Of a stretch of 64,000 nucleotides of DNA, positions 37,753 to 51,694 are shown in pieces. The DNA is from Selaginella moellendorffii (taxonomy: Eukaryota; Plantae; Lycopodiophyta): assembly GCF_000143415.4 (NCBI RefSeq), contig NW_003314307.1, forward strand, positions 308,173 to 372,172, given 5' to 3'. Below the pieces are notes generated by a model that was given only the letters and a program-made list of their open reading frames with translations, was not told the DNA's origin and ran no database searches. The position numbers and the translations under genes were made by a program. Position 1 is the stretch's first letter. Every line of letters begins with the position of its first letter.

Positions 37753-39244
37753 GTCACATTTCGATCCAGTTTTGTGGCTAACATTCGGTCAGTCATGGCA
37801 GGTACATTTCCGTTTACAGCTTCATGCAAATGTTAACTTTACAAATAAATCAAACTAGAAGGTCAGATCAGCAACAAAACAATGAGGAATGTCTGGAGCT
37901 TTTGGATCTGTTTGATGTGGTGCAAGAGGTTGGAAGCAAAATCTTCGTCACCACCAGAATACTTGATGTGCTCAACAGTAGAGGTGCAATTAAAATGAAG
38001 ATGGGAAAGACAGCTTGAAATTGTTTTCAGTCCACGCATTCTCAAATAAAAAATATGCTCAAAATCAAATAATCAAGGCAGTAGTGGAGCAAGTTGTGGA
38101 TAAGTGTGGAGGCCTCTTGAAGGTATTGGCAGAAGACAGGGAGACAAGATGAGAAAAAACAGGTATTGCAGCGGATCAAACTGGGTTTACAATGCATTTG
38201 CCTCTTGTCATCCAGCACTTTCTTTTTCTTTGCTGACTAATGGGGCCAACACAGCATAGGCGGTGAATGTTCTGTAAAGGCTCAAGAATCACGCACTTAT
38301 TACCGAAGAAGAAGATTATGCCTTTTGCTGGGGAAGAGGAGGTACAGGATTCACGATGCGTTGTTGGCTAATCTTGGAGCAAGAGGGCCTAAAGTGTTAT
38401 TTAAGATCAAGATGTGGGGGACACCTTCACGAGCAACTACATCAAGATTTCATTGGTGGGGGTGCCTCATCCTAAGAAGAACAGGGTCAGAGTTTCGAGC
38501 ACCACTTGCCTGCTCCTGGATCAAAATCCCGTTCTCACTACACTGCCAAGCCTCTCTCCTTTCAAATGCTTCCAGGTTTTCTGTCTGAGAAACACTAGGT
38601 TGCATTGGAGCTCAAGAATTTAGGGACTTTGTATTTGTCTTCAAATTGGCTTCAAAGCATCTCTGGTTCATTAGGAAAGTTGACCAATCTGTCAGATCTT
38701 GGGATACTGTGACGAGCTCAAGTCTTTCCTTGTGGATGCATTGCTCAAACTCACTAAGCTGGTCTACCTTAATGGAGGGTGGTCCAAGGACATGGAAGCA
38801 CCTCCAAAAAGTTTTATGGACCTGATGCAATCGATGGCGCTGGATTGATTCTCCCGGGCGTGAGCGTTGATCCTGTTCCACGATGTGGAGATTCTCTCGA
38901 GATATGAATGTCCCGGGGGGTATCATCCAAAAACCTTAATTCCAGATCTCTCAATGACGCGAAGAACCATTCTGGTAAGCTGTGGGATCGGAAATCATCA
39001 AGCAATATTTTTTCAAGCCGTGGGAATCCAGTACGGGGCAGCAGGACCTTCACGCCTTCCAATTCCTAGAAGCAAGCCTCTTCTAAGTTTGCACTGTCTC
39101 TGTCGAATGTCCAGAAGACCTAACTTACAGGCAGGAAGGCCTTCCGAGCTGATCATGAACGACCAGACTGGAGATGCATGTACATTAGAAAACAAAATCT
39201 AGCAAACCATCAATTATCCAGGTCTTTATTCGGTTGAGCTTCTC

Positions 39245-39785
39245 ACCGACGACTCTTTACCGACAATTTCCGGTGAGTGCCTACCGGATTGTAATCCGCA
39301 AAAGACGGTCATAACGGGCAGTAGTGCCGTCGTGAAGCGTACGTAGCAAGACCCAGCGGAGATATGACACGGAGACGGATCCTGGTGGTGGAAACGGGGT
39401 GAAACTCTTGGGGACGAGGAGATGGAAAACGCAGTGACTACAAAGTCTGGCCAGCAAGTGTCACGATTCAAAACCTTCCAAGCCGGATACTCGCTGGTGG
39501 CACACAATGCGATTTGTTGGGGTAAACTGCATGTATTTTTTTTTATTCTTTCCTTTTTTATGTAAATGTGCAGTGTGGATTCGAAGATCATAACGGGATG
39601 TTTACATACAGAAGAAGCTCCAGGAACGATCCATGGACGTAAATCGATGATGAAAGAAGCACTAATTTCTAAAAACAAGCGTAAGCACTGAGAAATCTTT
39701 ATACTATTTAGTGACAAGTGGTCCAAAGTGATGAGCTTTCGTGGTCTCGTGCAACTCTTTGTCGTGTGTCTGATTTCTTTTTGAC
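39245..39785 (+). pseudogene. Deleted duplicate of the EMB1703-like 3' end and 3' UTR
   Basis: Blocks match 32268-33470 (CCGGATTGTAATCCGCAAAAGAC, GATATGACACGGAGACGGATCC, GGATTCGAAGATCATAACG). Confidence 0.85.
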
Positions 39786-42063
39786 TCAGGCAGCAGTACT
39801 GTGAGCCGATGACACACAACAGTTGAAAGGTCTGCTCTTTTTCTTTTTCTTCTCTGTTATCCTCGTGCTGCTGACTTTTGCTCCCAACAGTATTCCTCTC
39901 ATGAACTTTCCCTTGACGAGCTGCGAGGTGATCTCGGCAAAACTTGGTTTTCTCTGCCACAAAGTCGAAAGCGATGGTGAGAAGAACTTGGTGCTGCATT
40001 GCTTACCTGGTCGACTTTAAGTATCTTCACCCGCACGAGACCATAGTTTCGTGATCTCGTCCAGTGATAGTGCTTGAAAGTGTAGCCGGTTCTCAGCGAG
40101 CCTCCCAAGCGTCCGACCAGTCTCATGAAGTAATAGGCCGTCTTGGGGAGAGGAGTGTTGGCTATGGCGCTCGAAGTCAGCTGCTGGAAGACGACCTCGT
40201 TGTCCTTGAGAACTTCCGAGTGGCCTCCACAGTGAACATCACCTAGTTGGATTGGATCCACAGTTTGAGCTCGAGCAATTCACAGGAAGGAAAGGTACCT
40301 CCAAGGACGAGAACTTGACGACCATCTTGGGCAGCCTTCCAGCTCGCGAGCGCGTCGATCATTCGAATCTGTTCTTGGGTGTGAGGCTGGGCCGACCAGT
40401 GGCCTTTGAAATCCTCGAGACGATTCACTCTCTTGGCCGCGACGTTGGTGATCACGGGCTCGAGGAAGGCGAGTGGAGCAGTGGCACACAAGAGCAGTGC
40501 CGAGACTCCATTGAAAATTCCTCCCGGGGACGAGAGAGAGCCGGAGATATCCTTCCATTGTTTGGTTCCAAGGTAGGCGTTCTCGTCATCCCTCTCGCGG
40601 TGGAAAGTTCGTGAGCCTCTGATATCCACAAACATAAGTCCAACTCCTCCAAGGACATGAAAGTGATACTCCTGGATCGACGAAAACATCATAAGTGCTC
40701 TTCTATCCATGAATCAATCGAGGTGGAGTTACCTTGTCAATGCTTTCCAGGCTCGAGAAATCTACATCCTCGTGAAGCTGTCGTTGGTACTCGAGATAAA
40801 CGATCCATCCACAGCGAGCTATGAAAAACTCGACGCTGCTCTCGTCCCAATCCTCGGGAAGGTCTCCCCAGTTATCCCGGATCTCGTGATCGTCGAGAAT
40901 CATGAGGTTTGGACAATTTGCCAGGCACTTCGCCGTAGGTGGATGGCTCCAAGTTTCTCGGTATGTTTCGCGGTAGAGCTCACAAATCTCTTCTCTCTTT
41001 TTCTCGCGGTGAAGTGGAGGAACGTCCGCGAGAATTGTCTTGGAGACTTGGAAACGGTCGAGCTCTGGTCCGCCAACTTGTGGCTCCACATCGGCATAGA
41101 TCTAGATTGTGCATGAAAAATCAGTCGTCACTCAAAAATTAAAACTTGGATATGCAATAGAAACTTGTGATGAAAACTTTAAAGAACAGGATAAAGAGAT
41201 GTTTTTTTTTCTAGAAAGAGCGAAGAGAACTTACTTGATCACCAAGATGGATGAGATAGTCAATCTTTCCAGCGCTCACACTCCTGTAGAGATGCGACCA
41301 CAAATCCGAGTGGATTGGAATAGCCTTCTGTGTGATATAGACATTGTTGCAGCTGATGACGCCAAAGTTGACGTTATAGTTCGTAGATCCCGGAGTGCTC
41401 AAAGTCTTGAAACTTCCCGGGATGGAATAGAGGCAGCCCTTGAATTCCACCTTGTATCTCGTGCCAGGCTTGAGATTCGTAAAGTGAAACACTCCCGGCC
41501 TTCCAGCTCGAAACTCCTTCTCCAGCTGGTAATCGACGAGCCCTCTTGGATTTGATCCTCCTCCTCCTTGACTGCCGTGAGAAATCTCCATTCTCCGCGA
41601 CGCTCTGCGCTTTCCTCGTGATCTTGTGGCTTCCCCAGCGCAGGATTGACGAGGCCCAGCTATGGTCTTTGCGGAGGGACGAGGATTTCTTCGATGGGTC
41701 CATGTCTTCCTGGACCGCCTCTAGCACAGCCGTAACGAAGGAATCGCGACTCGTCTCGATCAAAACCCGGGCGCTGTTGTGTGTGACTTTGCCAATCACG
41801 GGGCCAAGGACAAGAGCTGGCTGCTGGGCTCGATCAGTTCTTCGGTGCTGCCGCTGCGGCGGCTTGGAATTGCCCATGATCTTGTCCAGAGTTCCTGCGA
41901 ATTTGATGCGAGCACTCAATCCAGTTCGAGATCCTGCCGAGCGCCTTGGATTGAGAGGATTGGAAGGATTCAAAGCGCCCAAATCCATAGGCACGCTCTG
42001 TGCTCTTTGGACGCAAAGAAACTTCTCCTTTCTTTTGTCGGCGTCGTCGGCATTGTCCGCCAT
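39786..42063 (-). CDS. PhoD-like (alkaline phosphatase D family) metallophosphatase, multi-exon
   Basis: GPVIGKVT, VISCN, HLGDQV|YAD, MILDDHEIRDNWG, VLVLG|GDVH, QLTSSAI, RNYGLV. The predicted last exon ends in a polybasic stretch plus CC. Confidence 0.85.
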
Positions 42064-42879
42064 AGCTACCAAGAATCTGAAAGAAGGCTAGAAAATGTGG
42101 AGGATTTTAGGAGAACTTAGCTTGGTTGGGAGGACTTGGGACTGGTGGAATTGCTGCTGCATAGATGTTGTTTTGTACAAACATCATGGTCCCTTGTCCT
42201 TCGGCCTTGCAACGCATCTGGAATAAAAACTTTGGCTTGTTTAAAATCGTTTAAGGACAATATAAAGTCTATGGGCCGTGCATTAAATTGGGAATTTTAA
42301 ATTCAATTAAAGCTCCCTATGTTTTTTTTTTTTTCATTACCATTTTTATATATCTATAATATTCAGCATATTTTAGATTATTCTTTAATCTGGGATTTAA
42401 AGTTAAAATTCATACTAAGACTCTTTTCACCAAGGAGTTTGTCTTTATATGCAGCAACTTTTGACAAAGAATGAGGGTAATCCTTGAGAATTTGATAATG
42501 TTTTTAGCCAACCTGAGAAAAATTATAATTGGCAAAGATGTTTCACATCAGCTGTGACAAGGCATATTATAGAGTTGGAATCTCATATAGATTATTTTGG
42601 ACAATTGATAAATATTCAAATAGCAATCTGGAAATTAAGTTATAGGATATTAATGCTCTCAATTGTTTTACAAATATATTTATTGAAATTTTTATTTTGA
42701 GCTTGTATTAATTTTTTAAAATCAGATTTAGTTTTAGGTTATTATATATTTCTTAATCAGAAAAAAATTTAGAATATAATTATTAAGAGTTTCTTTCTTG
42801 ACATTCTTCTTCTGTTTATAATATTTTCTAGTCATAAAAATAAAAATACAAATGCTATAATGCCATTATCTATTGACTT

Positions 42880-45750
42880 TTATTGTTTTATTGATAGTTG
42901 ATACAATATTAGAAATTATATGTATATAAATTTTATGAGTGTATGAATATAGAAATGAGATATAAAAATGTGTATATTCAATTAGCTTAAAAACCCTACT
43001 TTATATATAAGAGTGAGTTGTTCGAATCTAAACTAATCACATGTCACATCACATCTCTAGCCAATAGAAACATTTGCATTGTTTCTTAGTCACACAATGA
43101 TATTCTATATGCCCACATAAAATAAAAGAGTTATGATAAATATGGAGAAAATATAGAATCCAAATCAAAGGCACTACTAACTGAAAATGGTCATCATGAT
43201 TAAGCCCCATAAAGTAAAAATATTGTCTTCATAGCAATTTAAAATGTAAATACCGAAATAACAAATTATCAACAAATGATGTAAGAATCTTAAACTCATC
43301 ATGAATATTTAGATTCACAATTCAACCTTTTGAGCCTTAAAAAATTTATCAAGAGAACGTAAATTTAGCTTTGCACCTTATAGACACTAAATATTAAACA
43401 CAACAATTACCAATAGCATGAAATTTGTATCCAAAAAATCCATTGATACTAGAATAATAGGCTCATTAAGAATATAAAAATTGAAAGGAACTTAAAAAAG
43501 AGCATTAGTATTAGCCATAGAACTTAAAGTTATACATTTAAAGCTTCAAAGCTTACCAAACAATATGACCAACCAAGTTCTTCTACTTTAATAATGAAGT
43601 GATTGCAATATAATCACCTTTTAACAACATCTAAAAACTATAAAAGTATGCGTAAAGTTTTTCGAAGCCCCAACTCTATATTAGGGTAGTCTATTTCCAT
43701 TGATGGTAAGATATAATTGATGTACATAATGGGATGACATTGATTAGGTACACTCATGTTTTCTTGCATCAATACACTGTTGAGACTAATATCAAAAACA
43801 TTCACACATAAGATGAAAAGTTAAGTGTAATCAAGATGCACCAAAACTAGAGGAACTATCAACACCATTTTGAGATTCATAAATATCTGTTTGCAATCCT
43901 CAAATTAGGTAAAAGATGATGTGATAATTTCAATAATACCTCATAATAGTGTAGTATGATAAAAAAAATGATTAATAAAATGACTAAAATATTGCACCTT
44001 GCTAAAGAAGCATTTCATATTGTTAACACACTTTAGAGTAGGGAACTTTAGAACAATCATAAGTTTATCAAGATTAACTTGCAAACTTTTGTGAAAAATA
44101 TAGTACCCAAGATAAGTTGTGTCTTTGGACCTAAATACATATTTTAACTGCCTCAACTTCAAACTAAATTCCCATAGTCAATTTAATATTTTGCAAACAT
44201 CACAAATATGCTCCTCCCACATCCCTTCAAAGTGGATTAAAACATCATTGATAAAGTTGGTAATCATCTTAGGCATATTATAAAGAACTTCATCCATCAT
44301 CTGCTAAAAAATCATCAAAGCATTATTTAACTTAAATAGCATCACCAAGAATTTATACAAGCCAAATGATGTATGAAAAGTAGTATTGGGAATATCTTCT
44401 ATAGCCATCAAAACTTGTCAAATATTTAGAAGCAAAATCTAATTTAATAAACTAATGACTTTGCCCCAAATAGTTTAGAAGATCAATAGTATGAGGAAAA
44501 AGGTATACATTTGATGATAGTTAATATAGAAATGAATACTTCCATTAGGATTTGTTATAAGATGAGGTTCACATGCTCAACGATTCTAAAGATTTTAAAT
44601 AACACTTTTTTCTAACATCTTTTGGATATTTACTCTTGAGATTTTGATTTCCTTTGGTGAAAAATGCCAAACAGAAACATTGATCATATGAGCATCTCTA
44701 GTTGGAAGAGGATGACATATTGCAACCTTAGCTTGTCAAAATCGAAAAGATCAACATATTTATGCTTTAGCTAGTCAAACACTATAACACAAAAATTGCC
44801 TAAAGGATCTCAAGAGGGAATAGAAAAATAAGAAGGAAATATAGTAAAAAGTAATAGGGAGATAAAAGTTATAGAAGGTAGAAACAAAAGGATGAAATAG
44901 AAACAAAGTGAAATGAATAGAAAAAAATATAAGGGAGTATAAAACAAGGAGAATTTTCAAAGTCATACTTGGCATGATTACACTGTAATGAATGTATATA
45001 AAGGATGAAGTTAAAAACTTGATTCGACACCACTTACAATAATTGGAACTCAAGCTTGAAATCAATCATATAAACATGTCTATTTCATTTTGCACACATA
45101 CATGTATGGCCATTGTTATAAAGAATGAAGATTGGCTCTGCCACACAATACAAATATAAATGGCAATATATGGTAATAAGCTGAGTAATAGAAGATAAAA
45201 TAAAACTTATATCAACCAACATAAAAAGGCTAATAATAGACCTTTTGTCATAAAATCAAACCTGAAAAATAAACATTGGATGAATTTGTGTCAAATAAAC
45301 CCCTTAATTGTATTTCTGAAAGAATAATGGAGGGGTTATTAACTTATTTGTGCAAGATCCCTTCATTACTTGTATGATATCTTATTTCATAGAAAAACCT
45401 TAGTATCAAGACTTTTCATCACAAGAAAAACAATAGGATGTTGTTAATATCAAACTCTTTATTTATGAAATAGAAGATGTCAATCAGGAAATGCTAACAA
45501 TGCTGATATGTGTGACCAACTTCATCACATACCTAACAACGAACATCATAGCTATGACCATGTTCTTGTCCATGTCCTTGAATGCATATAGCAATAGTGT
45601 TGACCTCCATTGGAACAAAATTATTTTTGATAGGAACCAAAGTATAGTTATAAGTAGGAAAAGTGATATCTCATAGTCTTATATTAGTCGAAAAGCATTA
45701 TCAAAGATGGGTAAGTGTATACACAAGTCCTATAAAGTTTTGAAAAAGTG
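42880..45750 (-). mobile_element. Ancient AT-eroded Ty3/Gypsy relic
   Basis: RT and RNase H remnants at ~43400-44700 (FHTSFGLYKFLVM.F, YLGY.I, FP..K.V...KCFF); very AT-rich with many stops. Confidence 0.65.
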
Positions 45751-45755
45751 TTGGT

Positions 45756-48700
45756 TATAACATCCTGTATTTCATTTGGCTTCATATGAAGTAAGAAACT
45801 TCAGAAGTGAACCCTAAATTTGTAGCACACATGAATTTGGAGCCGAACTCCAAGCCCATTGCGCTACGAAACGAGGGTCCGGTACAATCCCATGAGCACC
45901 AACTCCCCGTATCTAGCACCTGCACGCAAAATGGTGTCAGACGGAGTTTGGCACAATTTTGGCATACTGGTGGCCTAACGCGAGAAGGAGGGTATTCCAC
46001 CGACTAAAGCAGTATGGAGCTTGGGCTTAGACCCAAGCCGGACGCAGAACAAGGAGCGACACAGCCCAGTGGGAGCCAAACTAATGTCTCAGGTGGTCGG
46101 ACATGCATTCCAACCACTATCCCTACTATACATTTGGAACCCCCCACAGCCCCCCCCCCCTTGAGGGACACACGCTTTGGGCTTTCACCCCAAGCCTCCC
46201 TTAGTACCAGGAGTTAGTCTCTGGGACAAGTCCGAAACTTACTAAATATGGAATGTCTTAAGATTGCGAATTTGGACACGGGACGAACACCATTGTGTTC
46301 AGGCCGATCTCTACATTCCGTAAATATGCTAAATGAGCTAATCTAGACACTTTCCATAAATAGCATTTGGGACCAAAATGAGACCAACACAAAGGACGTG
46401 ATAGCGAAAGTGTTTGGCAAACACAGTAAGCTATCATCTAGCGAATATTGAGGGACTAGTCTCAATATCGCGGGGGTTCTTGATACTAGCAAGTGCAAAT
46501 CAATGACACGAGTTTCTCAAACCAGGCCGAGTATGCTCAGCAAGAAACACATAGGGTTCCTACCTTATGTTTATCCAATTTAAGTGCATGGTTATTAACC
46601 AGTTTCTCAACTAGCTCAAGTGGGAACGATAAAGAGAACCAACTGTACCGACCTCCTGCCGTCATGGCAGTAAGGAAAGAGTGTCCGTAAGGACTAGCTG
46701 ACAAGTATCTTTCGATACCCGAAGTCACATTCGCGATACTCTCCCCCCCTTGGGGAAGATTGACGTCCTTATTGATACATACCCAAGTCTAGCAAACCAT
46801 CAAGGAAACAACTCCGAAAGTTAACGGAAAGCACACTGTGTGGGAAACACACTGACTTAAATGAGTTAGGGAATGACCTTTCCTCTACGTCCAAAGACGC
46901 TAAGACTCAGACACCCTCCGGCCGTCACCGACAAGGAAATGACTAACAGAGTTAACCACCCTTACTGCTCCGAGTACCACTCGGCTTACAAAAGAATGAT
47001 ACATCCCTGCCCGCAAGGACATAGGGAGAAGGCCAGAGGCCTAACTTCCCTTGAGCAAGAAATCAACCCCATCGGAAAGATTTAGACAACTATTATAAAC
47101 TGGCAGATTAAGTTGTTTACACGACCACGCCCCGTTTTGAAAATGAGTCAACGAGAGAGAGGCGGGGACTTATGATCAGTCTATAATAGTTATCCCCATG
47201 GTTATGGATTGGACCCATGCACCGAAGTGCCGAAGTCAACCTGCCAAAATTGACCCAAGTACGAACGAATGATAGAAACAACACTTTGATTTAGAGAAAT
47301 ATATTATTTTATTAAATTGCAAGATTTATTACAAGATTTATAAAAGCTATTTTTTATTACTATTCTCATACTCCGTGACAAGCTCACGGGCATGTGTAAA
47401 ATTACTAAGAGGTTCCCAAGTTGATTCACAAGTCGGGTAACCTTTCCACTTAACTAGATATTCCTTCGCACGACCACCACGTGCCTTACGAGACAAAAGG
47501 ATAGCCTCAACCTCATACTCCATATCACTATTCACAACTTCCAGAGGGGGACGAATGTCCATAGAGCGATCCGCATCAACACTATATGGTGCCAGTAAAC
47601 TGACATGAAACACATCATGTATATGGGACAACTCATCCGGAAGATCCAACTTATAGGATACATCACCAATGTGTGCCAACACCCGATAGGGTCCAACATA
47701 TCTCGGCAAGAGTTTCCGAGACAGAGAACTCTTAATGTTCAAGTTTCAGGAAGATAGCCACACCTGATCTCCCACTTGATAGGATACATCCTGACAATGC
47801 TGATCCTTATCACGTCGATACCTATCTTGAGCTTTGCCCATTGCCTCAGTAGCTCTAGACCAACCTTGGCATAGCTGCTCCGCATAAGTCTCAACGGCTG
47901 GGACCAACACTTTGGTCATTGGTTTTGGGACAACGATCTATTGAGGAACCCCACGAGCATTCCCTTGCAGCATCTCCCATGGAGAACAGCCTATAGCGCT
48001 GTGAAATGTGTTGTTATAACATATTTCTGCTGTATCCAAATGCTCAACCCAGTCGTATTGGTCTGCCGCGACATAGTACCGCAGATAATCCTCAACTTAA
48101 GCATTCACGCATTCGGTCTGCTCATCAGTTTGAGGATGATAAGCCGTACTAAACTTCAACTTGGTACCAAACAACTAGAACAGTGTGCCCCAAAACTTCC
48201 CCGTAAACCTCGAATCTCTATCCGAGATCATCTCTTCGGGAAGACCACGAACTCGCACTACTTCATGGAAAAAGAGCTTTGCTACTTGTTTTGCATTCAC
48301 TGTTCCCACAGTTGGAATGAAGTGTGCAATCTTCGACAACCGATCCACAACCATTATCAAAGTATCATAACCCTTAGACTTCGGCAATCAAGTGACAAAA
48401 TCAAGTGTCACACTTTAAAATGGCCATGCCGGTGCTAGAATGCACTACAACTTCCCAGCCTACTTCTTAGTTTTGTGCTTACATTACTGGCAAATAGGGC
48501 AAGAACGAACATAATCCGTTACATCAACTTCCATACTAGACCAGAAAAATCCCTTTTTCAATGAAGCTAGAGTCTTTTGCTTCCCACCATGTCCCGCTGC
48601 TAGAACATCATGATGTTCCCGTAGAAATAACTGCTGAAGATCCTTAGAGGGAAGATACAATCTTTCTTGCTTATAGAATATAAGCCCGTCCCGAACTGAG

Positions 48701-51250
48701 AAGTGAAGCTTTGCATTAGTGCGATTAGCAACTTTTGCTGCTTCGCTACCAGGGCTCTGCTTCAACAACCCCGCACGGCATAAGATTGCCTTCGCCAATG
48801 GATCACTTCCATACGAAGCCCGAATGTCCTCCAACTAGTTTGAACTGATTACCGATATTGCCCAGAATTGAGCTTGACGACTCAACGCATCCGGAACAAT
48901 ATTATCTTTACCAGGTTTATATATGATTTCAATATCATATCTAGCAAGCTTCTCTTGCCAATGAGCCTATTTCGGTGTAAACTTAGGTTGTAGCAAAGTA
49001 TCTTAGTGTGTTACTATTCGTATAAACCTTGGTATGTCCACCCAAGTAGTGTCTCCAGTGTTCTAAGGCTGACACTATAACAAACATCTCTTTCTCATGC
49101 GTTGGCCATCTTCGTTGAGTTTCATCCAATTTCTTGGAGTAGAACGCAACGGGACAACCATGTCGCCTTAGCGCAACACCAACTGCTTTGTCACAATTTT
49201 GCTGCAACACGGCACCGATAGCATAGCCAGATGCATCACAATGCACTTCGAAGGGTTTATCAAGATCTAGGATCCTGAGAACAGGAACCGTAGTCAAGAT
49301 CTCCTTCAACCGTACAAAAGCACGCTGACAAGCTGGTGTCCAATGAAACGGAATACTACTCTTCGTCAACTCAGTCAACGGAAGAGTAATCCTTGCAAAA
49401 TTGCAGACAAACTTGCAATAGTATCCCGCCAAACCGAGAAAGGATCGAACATCTGATACAGTGGTCGGGACTTCCCAGGACTTCACCGCTTCCACCTTCT
49501 TTGGATCGACCTCAATCACGCCACCACCAACTATATGTCCGAGAAAGTTTACACACAATTGACCAAAAGCGCATTTACTTTCCTTAGCATACAATTTGTG
49601 TTCGCGCAACTTTTGAAACACCAGCTCCAAGTGTTTCAAATGATCCTCCAATGTTTCGCTAAAGACTAGAACATCGTCGATATATAGGACAACAAATATG
49701 TCCAGATAATCTCCGAATATTCTATCCATCATAGTGCTAAACGTTGCCGGAGCATTGCATAACCCGAATGGCATGACAAGGAACTCATAAAATCCGTACC
49801 GAGTTTTAAAGGCTGTCTTCTCCACATCCTGATCCGCCACCTATATCTGATGATACCCGGACCGCAAATCAAGTCGCGTAAAATACTTAGCCTTTAAGAG
49901 TTAGTCAAACAAGTCATCAATGCGAGGCAAAGGATAACTGTTTTTAACTGTGATTTTGTTGAGTGCCCGATAGTCAATACACATCCTCATGGTTCCATCC
50001 TTTTTCATAACAAAAAGGACCGGCGCTCCATAAGGTGACTTGCTTGGTTGGATATGACCTTTGTCAAGAAGCTCCGTGAGTTGCTTCTTAAGTTCAGCCA
50101 TCTCTTTGATGTTCAACCGATATGGAGTTTTTGTAGGTGGTTTAGAACCCGGAATAACCTCAATTTGATAATCAACCTCACAGTTAGGAGGTAGCCCTGG
50201 TGGCAAATCCTTCGGGAAGATATCCTGATTCCGCACCAACAACTCCAATATCTTCTTTGGTACAAGAGCAACCCCATTGCCGATTCGAACTGAGTCACCA
50301 ATACCCTCAGCTTCTATCACCTAAACCCAAAAGGTCTGACATCCCCTCTTAGTTGCTTTTTGAGCGGCCCTCGCAGTCAGAAACTTTCCATCCCAATCCT
50401 TTGAGGAATGCTTTTGCAACTGGAAGGACACATCGGGTTGTCCCTCGGACTTCAATGTGATACGACTTTCTCCAGCACCATAAATCCCTTTTATATACTT
50501 GTTGAAGAAATCCATACCAAACACCATCTGAAAATCTGGTATCTTCAACACTACCAAGTCCACTCTTTCTTTCCACTTGGATATCTTTATTGGAACATCA
50601 CTCACAAACTTTCTGGCTACTTACCCACCTTCCGCAAACCGGAAGTGCATAGGCGACATTTGCTTAGCATTCAATCCTAACAACTTAACTAAGTCTTCGG
50701 ATATCACGCTGTGCGTAGCTCCCATGTCAATCATCACTCAGATTTGGTGTCCACGGACAAAGCCTACCAGATACATCAACGGATTAGTGTTTGCATTGAC
50801 TGCAAGAAAAGCTTGAGGAAAGCAATGAAAGTTACTCACCTCTTCTTCCTCATAGTCTGCATTGACCAACTCGTCAACCCCTTCAGCTTCACCACCACCG
50901 TCTTCCCTCATGACATTAACCCGAGACCTTGTCTTATACTTGTTGGGACATTCCGAGGACTTATGTCCCGACTCTCCACAATGGAAGCAATGACCCACAC
51001 TACCCGTTCCGCTAGGAGCAGGTTTTGCAAGTTGCTGCTGCTTGTACCCACTAGGAGGAGGAACAGAGGGCCTAGGACCAGAAGAAGTTGCTGGTGGTCT
51101 CCAACCACCACCACCTTTGTTAACCGTTGCTTGTGAGCCTCCAGGGCGGAACCTACTTTCCACCCTCTATTTCCGATCACCTTGTTTATTCCCAAAATTT
51201 TTATTCTTATCCAAGTTACCAGCATACAGTTGCTGATATTGTTCCATGAG
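45756..51250 (-). mobile_element. Ty3/Gypsy chromovirus, defective, with its 5' part interrupted. 3' LTR ~45756-46729
   Basis: gag CFHCGESGHKSSEC, protease [20 protein letters not shown]...LYIDDVLV, RNase H HCDAS, integrase ISDRDSRF, GPY motif, chromodomain YEVEAIL..YLVKWKGYP..TWEP; PPT at 46741-46750; several in-frame stops. Confidence 0.95.
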
Positions 51251-51694
51251 TGAGTGACTAAAGAAGCTCTATTTCGTTAAAGTGGGAATTGTCATTATCC
51301 CACTTGTAAAATAAGGTTTCCAAACCTTTATATAGTATATAAATATAACAAAATTCAACTGCATTGAGGCACATGCCATTTTATTTTAAACAAGGAAATG
51401 TCTACTCAATCACTTCTCACTGCTTCACCTCTCTCTTCTCCTTGTCATCGTCGTCCAATTTCTTTCCATCCTTTTAATATTGGCTCAGTTGCTCCGAGTC
51501 TAGGTGGAGCCCAAGTCCCCATTCAATCTTTACTTTCCCCTTATTAATAAAACAACTTCGTAGACTTCCAATAACATGCTGTAACACTTCTAGTATAATG
51601 CAAATCCTCTCAAAGAATTGTCTTTTAATATTAATACAATGGCATGGAACCCCATGCCATAATAAGTTACATTTTTAAATAAATACATGCCATC

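Larger units (their letters stand above)
34176..39200 (+). pseudogene. NB-ARC-LRR pseudogene, copy B, split by a Copia insertion
   Basis: P-loop IGVHGVGAGKTLLAKR at 34229-34276. After the element: HFDPVLWLT (RNBS-A), GSKIFVTTR, VVEQVVDKCGG, RYRIHD and LRRs. Confidence 0.85.
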
